Below are positions 18,439 to 26,875 of a stretch of DNA of 64,000 nucleotides, in pieces. Below the pieces are notes generated by a model. That model worked only from the letters and a program-made list of their open reading frames with translations. It did no database searches and was not told the origin of the DNA. The number at the start of each line of letters is the position of its first letter. Position 1 is the first letter of the stretch. The position numbers and the translations under genes are program-made. This stretch comes from Prosthecobacter sp. (GTDB taxonomy: Bacteria; Verrucomicrobiota; Verrucomicrobiia; Verrucomicrobiales; Verrucomicrobiaceae), in NCBI GenBank assembly GCA_044370285.1, contig JBILVU010000002.1, positions 22,785-86,784 on the forward strand, written 5' to 3'.

Positions 18439-18732
18439 ATAACCTGCGGCGGCCCTGTGGAAGGAGGCCTCCTCCTCTTTCGATAAGAAAACCGGGGCAC
18501 GTTGAACCTTGACTTGGCGTCAAGGGACAGTACACCCCGGCCTGCGAATTGAAAAAGTGGCCGGAGAGTAGGAGGTCCGCCCCATCTGTCAAAGTCTTTT
18601 TATGCTTTTCAAAAGCTCTTCCCGCCAGATTCCCGACGGGGTTCTGTTGGGACAGATCCAATCGACTCCGCATTTGCACGCTCCTCCCCGGCCTGCCATA
18701 CTCTCCCTCCCCAACGCTAGTCAAAAAAACTG

Positions 18733-20856
18733 ATGGTCCATCCCTTCCTTACGCAGGACTTCCACCTCCGGTGGTCAACCCTCACCCCAGCCCCTATCCA
18801 GAACGACATCCGCGAGGCTCTGAGCCGAGCACAGATGAAGCTGGATGCCGTCATCGAGCAAGACCGGGGCAAAATGAGCTTTAAGAGCGTCATCCTTGAC
18901 CTTGATGAAGCCACAAGGGAGCTCAACGAAACTTGGGGTCTCGTGCAGCATCTCGATTCCCTCTGCAATTCACCTGCCCTGCGGGAGGCGCATAACGCCA
19001 TGCTCCCCGAGGTGAGTTCTTTCTTTGCAAAAATCCCTCTTAACGAGCACCTCTGGGACCTCCTCGTCACCTACAGCAAGACCGAGGACGCCCGCCAACT
19101 TTCTCCCGTGCGCCAGCGTGCCCTGCGCGAGTGCATGGAAGGCTTCATCGAAGCCGGTGCCGACCTTCCGGCGGACAAAAAGAAGCGCATGGAGGAGATC
19201 GAGTCCGAGCTTTCCCAGGCCACGCAGAAGTACTCGGAGAACGTTCTCGACTCCACCAACAAGTGGGAACTGCTCATCGAAGATCCCGCCAAGCTCAAAG
19301 GCCTACCACAATCCGCCATCGCTGCGGCGAGGGCAGATGCAGCGGTAAAGGGCCTCGGCACTGAGGAGAAGCCCGTATGGCGCTTCACGCTCAAGGCTCC
19401 CTCGATGATCCCGGTGCTTGAGTATCTCGATGACGCTGCCATTCGCCGCCAGGTGTGGGAGGGGACAACCTCCATTGGCCGCACGACGGAGCACGATAAT
19501 ACGGCCCTCGTCTGGAAAATCCTCCGCCTCCGCCATGAGAAGGCGCAGATCATGGAAAAGGCGAATTTCGCTGATTACATCCTGGCCCACCGCATGGCGA
19601 AGAACGGCCGCAGTGCTTTGAATTTCATCGAAGACCTTCACCGCCGTGTGCGGGATGCTTTCCAGCGTGAAACCATCGAACTTCAGGAGTTCCGAGCCGA
19701 TGCACTGAACAAGGCCGCCGACCTCTTTGAGCCCTGGGAACTCGCTTTTTGGTCCGAAAAGCAGCGAAAGGCGAAGTACGACTTCGACGAAGAGGAACTC
19801 CGTCCTTACTTCCCTCTCGATAAGGTGCTCAACGGCATGTTTCGCCTCGCTGAGATCGTTTTCGATCTTCGCATTACCGCCCGCGAGGTCGTTTACATCG
19901 AGCCCGGCAAAACCGCTGAAGGCCCAGCCACCAGCACGCAGCCTGGAAAGCCCGGCCCGGTCGAGGTCTGGCATCCGCAGGTGAAATTCTACGAGGTGCG
20001 CAACGAGAAAGGCACCCACATCGGCTCCTTCTATGCCGACTGGCATCCACGCGATTCCAAACGCGGCGGCGCTTGGATGAACTACCTCAAAATGGGCATC
20101 CCGCCGAATGGCGACCACGACCGCCGCCTCCACCTCGGTCTCATTTGCGGGAACATGTCACCGCCCGTCGGCGATAAAGCCGCGCTGCTCACCCACGACG
20201 AAGTCTGCACCGTGTTTCATGAGTTCGGCCACCTCCTTCACTTGCTCTGCGGCAGCGTCGAGGTGCCCTCGCTCAATGGTACCAGCGTCTATTGGGACTT
20301 CGTTGAGCTGCCCTCCCAGCTTCTCGAAAATTTCTGCTGGGAACGCGAGAGCCTCGATCTCTTCGCACGCCATCATGAGACCGGTGAGGCCATTCCCGCC
20401 AGACTCTACAAGAAGATGCTCGCCGCGAAAAACTACCGCAGTGCCAGCGACATCATACGCCAGCTCAGCTTTGGAAAGCTCGATCTCGAACTGCACATGA
20501 AGCACGCCACTTCTGAAGGTGCCGATCTCGATGTACTCTCCCGCCAGATCCTCGACGGCTACCTCATGGCCTTAAAAACCGAGTCACCCAGCATGGCCCG
20601 CCGCTTCGGCCATCTCTTCAGCAGCCCCACAGGGTATGCGGCGGGTTACTACAGCTACAAATGGGCTGAGGTGCTCGATGCCGATGCCTTCACCCGCTTC
20701 CAAAAAGAAGGTGTCCTCAATCCCGCTGTCGGCCGTGACTTCCGCGATAAGATCCTCAGCAAAGGCAACAGCGAAGATCCTGCCAAGCTCTTCCATGATT
20801 TCATGGGCCGCGATCCTGATGCGAAGGCGCTTCTCGTGCGAGCCGGGCTAATGTGA
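18733..20856 (+). CDS. M3-family zinc metallopeptidase (oligopeptidase A / dipeptidyl carboxypeptidase type)
   Basis: 707 aa. Zinc motif HEFGH (TVFHEFGHLLH) with a downstream E (FVELPSQ). Length and layout are typical of PrlC/Dcp. Confidence 0.9.
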   Translation: MVHPFLTQDFHLRWSTLTPAPIQNDIREALSRAQMKLDAVIEQDRGKMSFKSVILDLDEATRELNETWGLVQHLDSLCNSPALREAHNAMLPEVSSFFAKIPLNEHLWDLLVTYSKTEDARQLSPVRQRALRECMEGFIEAGADLPADKKKRMEEIESELSQATQKYSENVLDSTNKWELLIEDPAKLKGLPQSAIAAARADAAVKGLGTEEKPVWRFTLKAPSMIPVLEYLDDAAIRRQVWEGTTSIGRTTEHDNTALVWKILRLRHEKAQIMEKANFADYILAHRMAKNGRSALNFIEDLHRRVRDAFQRETIELQEFRADALNKAADLFEPWELAFWSEKQRKAKYDFDEEELRPYFPLDKVLNGMFRLAEIVFDLRITAREVVYIEPGKTAEGPATSTQPGKPGPVEVWHPQVKFYEVRNEKGTHIGSFYADWHPRDSKRGGAWMNYLKMGIPPNGDHDRRLHLGLICGNMSPPVGDKAALLTHDEVCTVFHEFGHLLHLLCGSVEVPSLNGTSVYWDFVELPSQLLENFCWERESLDLFARHHETGEAIPARLYKKMLAAKNYRSASDIIRQLSFGKLDLELHMKHATSEGADLDVLSRQILDGYLMALKTESPSMARRFGHLFSSPTGYAAGYYSYKWAEVLDADAFTRFQKEGVLNPAVGRDFRDKILSKGNSEDPAKLFHDFMGRDPDAKALLVRAGLM

Positions 20857-20859
20857 TCG

Positions 20860-22404
20860 TCAATTCCCGAAGAACTGATCGCCCTTCACCACCGTGCCGT
20901 CACGCAGTACGACGGAGAAGGTGCCACCATTCGCCTTGGCTAGCCGGTCCATCTCCGCCGCAGCATCGGTCTCCATCATGACGCTGGTGTGAATCACGGT
21001 GCGGGTCATGGAACGATTGTTTTCGCTGGTGATGATGTCCACCCAGCCTTGCTCGTCACTCTTCTGGCCGTCGGTCATGAAGAAAATGATGTCGGGCTTC
21101 GGATTGGCTTTCAGCGCCATCAGCAGGCCGCTGCCCCAGTTGGTGCCGCCGGGATTATCTGCCTCCTGCACGATCTTCCGGCTGTCCGCCAGATTGAAGG
21201 GCGAGGCCAAAAGATAAGCAAAGGTGGGGATCTTTGCCTTCTTCCATTCGTCCGAGGTAATACTCCAACGGAACTTCTCAAACGCGGCGGACTTCTTCGG
21301 ATCGATCGTGTTATGCGGCCAGGCGAAGTCGGAGAAAAACAGGATCTGATACTGCGTGCCGGAGGGCACCCGGCCCAGACTTTTGACGAGCTCCTTCTTG
21401 AGCACATCAAAGCGACTCGTCCCCCCTTCGCCGACCTGCGACATCGAAGCAGACACATCCACCACGAAGACCACCCGCCGGCCAAAAGCCGTCTGGCCGA
21501 GGAAGCTGAACATGCCGCCCTTGCCGATGCCCGCGCCGAAGCCACCACCACTTCCTCCTGCGCCCATGCCTGCATTCAACCCGAGACCGCCGGAGAGTTT
21601 TCCTAGTTCCATGCGCTCCGTCATGCCGGAAAGGTTCAGAGAGTCCATTTCCATCTCCGGGAGTTGAACGTCGGCCGTGATGGACTGCACCGTCACCCGG
21701 GACATCGGCTTGTTCTTGAGCCAAGTGTTCTTCTTCTGCCTCACCTTATGCTCCAGCGCCTCGGAGGCTGCCGCGGACTGTGGGCTGCCGCCGGGCAAAA
21801 AGTCCACCTGCTTGTCCATCACATGGCGCACGGTGATCGCTGCTCCGAGGAGCAAAATAAGCGCATGAATGCCTACGCTCACCCCTAGTGAGCTGGCACC
21901 GATTTTGGCTTTCCAGTCCTGCCACCAGCGGCGGCGCTTTTCTTCCACGGTGAGAGGCACCTCCGGCACGACGTCGGGTTTTGGAGGCTGAACGATCTCT
22001 GAGAGCTTCGATTCCACCTTCTCATCCTTGCTCAAGGGCAACACCTCAACCTTCGGAGCCACGACAGGAGGCGGTTCATCCGCTTTTTCTTCAGCCTTCA
22101 GGGCTAGCGTCTCGACATGTTCCACTCGTGGCGGCTGAATGAAGATGGCAGGTGCCTCCTCCACAGGTTTTGGCGCTTCCACGAACACTTCCGGCTCAGG
22201 CAACAACTCCGGCTCAGGTTCCACGACCTTCATCTCCGGCTCAGGCACATGCACTGGCTCCGGTTCAGCGGGCGAAGCCGCCACCTTCCGCGCACTTTGA
22301 TACTCATGCCACTTCTCATCGCGGTCGATGAGGTCATCGTCGTCCACGTCTGCCACGGTAGGCAGGGCGCTCAAATCAATGTCGTGGCGGGCATGGCGGC
22401 TCAT
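20860..22404 (-). CDS. membrane-anchored von Willebrand factor A domain protein
   Basis: Start set at MSRHARHD (22404). Pro/Glu-rich N-terminal region, one TM helix (LGVSVGIHALILLLGAAITV), then a VWA domain with the MIDAS motif VVFVVDVSASMS. Confidence 0.75.
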   Translation of the reverse strand: MSRHARHDIDLSALPTVADVDDDDLIDRDEKWHEYQSARKVAASPAEPEPVHVPEPEMKVVEPEPELLPEPEVFVEAPKPVEEAPAIFIQPPRVEHVETLALKAEEKADEPPPVVAPKVEVLPLSKDEKVESKLSEIVQPPKPDVVPEVPLTVEEKRRRWWQDWKAKIGASSLGVSVGIHALILLLGAAITVRHVMDKQVDFLPGGSPQSAAASEALEHKVRQKKNTWLKNKPMSRVTVQSITADVQLPEMEMDSLNLSGMTERMELGKLSGGLGLNAGMGAGGSGGGFGAGIGKGGMFSFLGQTAFGRRVVFVVDVSASMSQVGEGGTSRFDVLKKELVKSLGRVPSGTQYQILFFSDFAWPHNTIDPKKSAAFEKFRWSITSDEWKKAKIPTFAYLLASPFNLADSRKIVQEADNPGGTNWGSGLLMALKANPKPDIIFFMTDGQKSDEQGWVDIITSENNRSMTRTVIHTSVMMETDAAAEMDRLAKANGGTFSVVLRDGTVVKGDQFFGN

Positions 22405-22490
22405 TCGGAGTTCGGGCGGTGACTTTCGAGCCTTTCCGCATCCGTTCAACGGACATTCTTCGCGGCACATTAGCCGTGAGTGTGATAAAA

Positions 22491-22733
22491 CTACCTTTGA
22501 GGCGCTTCTGCGGCCTTCGGCACGGCAGGAGCAATCGGTGCTGGAATCACGATGGGAGCAGGAGCTGGCGTGAGCTGCACCGCAGGCGGCGGCATCTGCT
22601 GCCAGTAAGGCATCGGCGGACGTTCCGTCTGCGCTTTGATCAGCAGCCAGAAGAGAAAGGCCAGCACAAAGGCCACCAGCTTCTCACGCCAGTTGCTGAC
22701 GAGCATATTGCTAAATCGTGTGCCCCAGTTCAT
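22491..22733 (-). CDS. small membrane protein resembling only the N-terminal anchor of CdaR/YbbR
   Basis: 80 aa. SNWREKLVAFVLAFLFWLLIKA resembles the YbbR N-terminal TM segment and is followed by a Pro-rich tail. Overlaps the cdaA 3' end by 23 nt. Confidence 0.4.
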   Translation of the reverse strand: MNWGTRFSNMLVSNWREKLVAFVLAFLFWLLIKAQTERPPMPYWQQMPPPAVQLTPAPAPIVIPAPIAPAVPKAAEAPQR

Positions 22734-23526
22734 GGCCCTCCTCCTTGTCTTTTTTCACTGGCGTTCCATCGCCGTTGCTGTCCCCGGATAGGATTTCATT
22801 GATGCGCTGCCGCAGCTCGTCCGGTTCGAGATCGTGCTCCAGCTTGCCCTGATAGCAGAGTGACAATGCACCCGTCTCCTCACTCACCACGAGGGCGATG
22901 GCATCCGTCTCCTCCGTGATGCCCATGCCAGCGCGATGACGCAGGCCGATGGCGCGATCTTGGATGTCTCGCTGGCTCACGGGAAAAACGCAACCGGCAG
23001 AGGCGAGGCGCCCCTGATCAATGATCAGCCCACCATCATGCAGCACGGTCTTCGGGTGGAAAATCGTCGCGATGAGCTCTGTCGAGATCGCCGCGTCGAT
23101 CTCGACGCCAGATTCGGCATAGAGTTTGAGATCAATGCCACGCTTCAGAGCAAACAACGCCCCACACCGCCGCGAGGAAAGCTGCTGCATAGCCTCCATC
23201 AGCAGGTCGAGCGCCTCAGGATCAGGTCGGTTAAAGGAAAACATCCGGCTGCTGCCCAGTTCCGCCAGCACACGGCGCAACTCCGGCTGGAACAGCACCA
23301 CCAGCGCGATGGCAAGGAAGACGGACACACGTTGCAACAGCCAGGTGATGACCTCCAGCTCCAGCAGCAGCGAAATGAGCGCCAAGCTCAAAAGCAGAAT
23401 GAGCAGCCCTGTCAGGATGCGGGCACCACGCGTGGCCCGGAAGAAGAGATACCCATGATACGCCAGCGCGGCGAGGATGAGTATTTCCACGCCGTCGCGC
23501 CAGTGCGTTGTCAAAAAGTCCCACAT
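22711..23526 (-). CDS. cdaA: diadenylate cyclase CdaA (c-di-AMP synthase)
   Basis: 271 aa. Three N-terminal TM helices plus a DAC domain (GALFALKRG, VLHDGGLIID, AIGLRHRAGMGITEETDAIALVVSEETG). Confidence 0.9.
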   Translation of the reverse strand: MWDFLTTHWRDGVEILILAALAYHGYLFFRATRGARILTGLLILLLSLALISLLLELEVITWLLQRVSVFLAIALVVLFQPELRRVLAELGSSRMFSFNRPDPEALDLLMEAMQQLSSRRCGALFALKRGIDLKLYAESGVEIDAAISTELIATIFHPKTVLHDGGLIIDQGRLASAGCVFPVSQRDIQDRAIGLRHRAGMGITEETDAIALVVSEETGALSLCYQGKLEHDLEPDELRQRINEILSGDSNGDGTPVKKDKEEGHELGHTI

Positions 23527-23594
23527 GCGGTCAAGTGCCGCCCATGATGGCGCTCACTCCGCTTTTGGCAAAAGGAAGGTGAACCTCTCTGCGC

Positions 23595-25064
23595 CTACTT
23601 CTTCGCTTTGTTTGGGATCTGCGGCTTCGCTTCGGGATGCGTGGCGAGCAGCTTACGAAGCTCCGCGACCACCTCGGGCTGCTCGGCGGCAAGGTTCTTG
23701 GTTTCGGCGGGATCGTTCTGGTAGTCGTAGAGTTCGAAAACGGCAGTCTCAGGTGCTGCACTAGGCTTTTTCCATTCCACGAGGCGATGCCGCGCCGTGC
23801 GAATCGCCCGCCCGATGATTCCCTGCGGCCGCGGATACACATGAATCACATGGTCACGCGTGCTCGCAGACGGATCGGCGAGCACTTGGGCAAAGCTGCG
23901 GCCATCGACCTGTTTGGGCGCGGGGAGTTTCGCCAGCTCGGCAAGCGTCGGATTGATGTCACAGGTCTCGATGAGCGCTTCGGTGCGCTTTCCACCCGCG
24001 ATGCCGGGCGCAGCGACGATGACGGGAATTCGCGCCGCCTGTTCATAATTCGAGTGTTTGCACCACATGCCGTGATCACCCAGGTGCCAGCCGTGATCCC
24101 CCCACAGCACGATGATCGTGTTTTCGGCCAAGCCATTCGAGTCGAGCGCATCGAGCACCTTGCCGAGCTGCGCGTCCATGTAGCTCGTAGCGGCATAGTA
24201 GCCGTGGATGAGGTGGCGAGCCTGCTCGGGCGTCACCGGGCCTTTTTCGGGCATGTCTTTGTATTGCCGCAATTCACCCCACGAGGTCGGCGCGAAGTCT
24301 GGAGCACCTTCGGGCGCTTTTTGAAGTTCCGGCAGCTTGAAGGCCGCGGCCTCATAGAGGTCCCAATACTTCTTCGGAGCCACGAAAGGCAGGTGAGGCT
24401 TCAAAAAGCCGATGGCGAGGAAGAAAGGCTCCTCCGGCTTCGCTTTGGCCGCCGCGAGACGCTTGATTGCCTCCTCGGCGATGATGCCATCGCCGTAGCG
24501 ATTGTCCGGCACATCAGCGTTTTCCGTGGCCGCACCGCGAGGCAGTTTCCAGGCCTCCTTCTTGTTCTCAAACAACGCCTGCTCGCGGGTGGACTCCGGC
24601 GGATTGTTCTCCGGCAGCGCATAGCTGATCGTCTTCGGGCTAAAGTGCGGCACGCTCCACGAGGCCTCGTCATTCACATTGCCATGGCCCACATGGAAGA
24701 TTTTTCCGAGCGCCTCAGTGCGATAACCCTGTGCCATGAAATGCTGCGGCAGCGTGACGGCATCCTGCACCGCTCGGCGGAAGTTTGTGCTCAGCTCGTA
24801 GATGCCGAGCGTCTGCGGTCGCAGGCCGGTGAGCAGGGTATTTCGCGAAGGGGCGCACACCGCCTGATTGCAGAACGCCTTTTCAAACAGCACGCCGCGT
24901 GCCGCGAGGCGGTCGATGTGAGGCGTCGTTACGATGGAGTCGCCGTAGCAGCCGATCACCGGCTTCAAATCATCCACGCAGATGAGCAGGACATTCGGTT
25001 TCGAAGCCGCCGTGAGCGTGGAGGCGATGGCAAGGAAGGTGTAAAAGGAGCGGAACATGAGCAC
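23595..25064 (-). CDS. secreted sulfatase (Cys-type, CxPxR)
   Basis: Signal peptide, PNVLLICVDDL, formylglycine motif CAPSRNTLLTG, and GDHGWHLGDHG. Confidence 0.9.
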   Translation of the reverse strand: MLMFRSFYTFLAIASTLTAASKPNVLLICVDDLKPVIGCYGDSIVTTPHIDRLAARGVLFEKAFCNQAVCAPSRNTLLTGLRPQTLGIYELSTNFRRAVQDAVTLPQHFMAQGYRTEALGKIFHVGHGNVNDEASWSVPHFSPKTISYALPENNPPESTREQALFENKKEAWKLPRGAATENADVPDNRYGDGIIAEEAIKRLAAAKAKPEEPFFLAIGFLKPHLPFVAPKKYWDLYEAAAFKLPELQKAPEGAPDFAPTSWGELRQYKDMPEKGPVTPEQARHLIHGYYAATSYMDAQLGKVLDALDSNGLAENTIIVLWGDHGWHLGDHGMWCKHSNYEQAARIPVIVAAPGIAGGKRTEALIETCDINPTLAELAKLPAPKQVDGRSFAQVLADPSASTRDHVIHVYPRPQGIIGRAIRTARHRLVEWKKPSAAPETAVFELYDYQNDPAETKNLAAEQPEVVAELRKLLATHPEAKPQIPNKAKK

Positions 25065-25228
25065 GCCGATAACGAAGGCATTCTTCGCATGTGACGCCTT
25101 TTTTCAGATTCAGGCAGGTTGAAGAAAAAATCTTGGAGGGATCAAAACACCTGCGGGGTAGCACCCCATGAGCGCGACCAACCATGCGCTCAATCAAAAC
25201 CAACCCAACCCGAAACAAACACCCAACC

Positions 25229-25462
25229 ATGAAACCCACCCTGCTTGCGATCCTCGCCGTGACCACCCTCGTCTCGTGCAACGCACCCTCCGTGCCTAGC
25301 CTCACGCAGACCTACAATGGCAAGCCCGTGCTCACCCGCGCCAGCCATCCCTCAGGTGGCAGAATGACCGAGGTGGACGGCGTTTACCTCGGCCGCCGCT
25401 ACTACCATCCGCCGGGAGCCAAGACGGGACTCGCTTGGATTGACGTATATGGTCAGCGCTGA
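25229..25462 (+). CDS. small lipoprotein, function unknown
   Basis: MKPTLLAILAVTTLVSC lipobox. Start chosen at 25229 inside the longer ORF from 25184. Confidence 0.5.
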   Translation: MKPTLLAILAVTTLVSCNAPSVPSLTQTYNGKPVLTRASHPSGGRMTEVDGVYLGRRYYHPPGAKTGLAWIDVYGQR

Positions 25463-25509
25463 TCCATGCGCCCTCCTCTTTCACCCTCAAACCTAAGCCT
25501 GCACCTGCC

Positions 25510-25827
25510 ATGAAGCCTAATGATCCCGATCCGCTCGATGATCTGCTCGCCCAGTGGCAGGTGCCGCAGGCCGAGACACCGCCAGACTTCCGTCGCGAAG
25601 TCTGGCGGCGCATTTCCGCCACGGAACCCGAGCCCGGCTGGATCGAAAAACTCGCCTGGTGGCTCCTCCGGCCAAAGCGCGAGGCTTTCTGCGTCGTCGC
25701 CGCCATCGTGCTCGCCGTGCTTTGGGGCCTCACGCATCCGCCGCAGCCGGAGTTCACGCCGCATGACGCCTACGTCATGTCCGTGAGTCCCTTTGATCCG
25801 CATCATCTCGACGGTCGCTACCCATGA
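25510..25827 (+). CDS. single-pass membrane protein, candidate anti-sigma factor
   Basis: 105 aa. Cytoplasmic N-terminus (DDLLAQW...FRREVWRRI), one TM helix (FCVVAAIVLAVLWGL). 4-nt overlap with the next gene. Lies in an operon with an ECF sigma. Confidence 0.45.
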   Translation: MKPNDPDPLDDLLAQWQVPQAETPPDFRREVWRRISATEPEPGWIEKLAWWLLRPKREAFCVVAAIVLAVLWGLTHPPQPEFTPHDAYVMSVSPFDPHHLDGRYP

Positions 25828-26300
25828 CACCCGCCGGACGCATCGCCGCTTTCCTTTTTCTGACTGCCGCCGCTGCTGGAGCCGCGCTCTGGGCCACCCG
25901 CGAGAGCCTGCGCCCTCGTGAAAATCCACAGGAGGTCGGCCTCCGCTGGCTGAAGGACGCGTATCACCTCGATGAGGCTACCTTTGAAAAGGTCAGCGCC
26001 ATGCATCGCGACTACTTCCGTCAGTGCGACAAGATGTGCCGCCAGATCGACGAGGCAGATCGTCCGCTGCTCTGGCGGGCGCGGCGCCAAAAGCGCCAGC
26101 CCGGCGAACTCGATGCGCAGCTCACCCGCGATCAACTCGTCTGCGGCGACTGCGAAAAAGCCGCCACCGAGCACTTGAAGCAAGTCGCCCGGCTCATGCC
26201 TGAAAACAGCGGGAAACGCTTCCTCGAAGACATCCTGCCCGTGATGCAGCAGCAGCGCCGCGTGCATGACGAGAATCTCTCCTCAAATCTCCGCCGATGA
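25824..26300 (+). CDS. membrane-anchored four-cysteine protein, function unknown
   Basis: 158 aa. N-terminal anchor (IAAFLFLTAAAAGAALWA), then a helical domain with CDKMC and CGDC pairs. 4-nt overlaps on both sides. Confidence 0.45.
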   Translation: MTPAGRIAAFLFLTAAAAGAALWATRESLRPRENPQEVGLRWLKDAYHLDEATFEKVSAMHRDYFRQCDKMCRQIDEADRPLLWRARRQKRQPGELDAQLTRDQLVCGDCEKAATEHLKQVARLMPENSGKRFLEDILPVMQQQRRVHDENLSSNLRR

Positions 26301-26872
26301 GCAGCCCCGCTCGTGACGAGCTTGATGCCGAACTCATGCGCACCCTGGCCGAGGGGGACGACCTCGCGCTGAATCACCTCATGGATGCCTGGAGCCAACA
26401 GCTCATCAGCTACCTCATGCGCCTCACCGGCAGCCACGCCACCGCGTGCGATCTAGCGCAGGAGAGCTTCGTCCGCGTTCATCGGCACCGCCTGGAGTAT
26501 CGCGCCTCGCAGAAGTTCTCCACCTGGCTCTTTGCCATCGCCACGAATCTCGCCCGCAACCATGCCCGCTGGCGATCACGCCATCCCGAAAGCCTCACCG
26601 AGCCTGAACAACTCCGCGAGCTACCCATCGCCGGCTCCAGAGCCTCACCCGATCAGCAGGCCGCCACGAACGAACGTCTCGCCGCCGTGCAACAAGCCGT
26701 CAGCGAGCTGCCGCACGACCTGCGTGAGGTTTTGATCCTCTCCACCTGGCATGGCCTGAGCCACGCCGAGATCGCCCGTATACAGGACACCACGGAAAAA
26801 GCGGTCGAAGTGCGCCTTTATCGTGCTCGCAAGCTGCTGCGTGAGATGCTCGGCGAGCATCTCAAGGCGTGA
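26297..26872 (+). CDS. ECF-type RNA polymerase sigma-70 factor
   Basis: 191 aa. Region 2 (ACDLAQESFVRVHRH...WLFAIATNLARNH) and region 4 HTH (LREVLILSTWHGLSHAEIARIQDTTEKAVEVRLYRARKLL). Confidence 0.9.
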   Translation: MSSPARDELDAELMRTLAEGDDLALNHLMDAWSQQLISYLMRLTGSHATACDLAQESFVRVHRHRLEYRASQKFSTWLFAIATNLARNHARWRSRHPESLTEPEQLRELPIAGSRASPDQQAATNERLAAVQQAVSELPHDLREVLILSTWHGLSHAEIARIQDTTEKAVEVRLYRARKLLREMLGEHLKA

Positions 26873-26875
26873 GCG

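Noticed and set aside
18439-18732. Looked for further tRNA genes (Tyr/Gly) upstream of tRNA-Thr, as in the E. coli tufB operon
   Set aside because: No T-loop (GTTCRANYC) with matching acceptor stems was found. Only short hairpins are present (GGAGGCCTCC; CCTTGAC-ttgg-cGTCAAGG). This is probably a divergent promoter region. I could not assign -35/-10 boxes convincingly, so no promoter is reported.
23637-25094. 485-aa plus-strand ORF opposite the first sulfatase. Similar cases are 51889-53109 (minus) opposite the second sulfatase and 55724-56779 (plus) opposite the transporter.
   Set aside because: Arg/His/Gly-rich, low-complexity antisense frames. The opposite strands carry clear family motifs.
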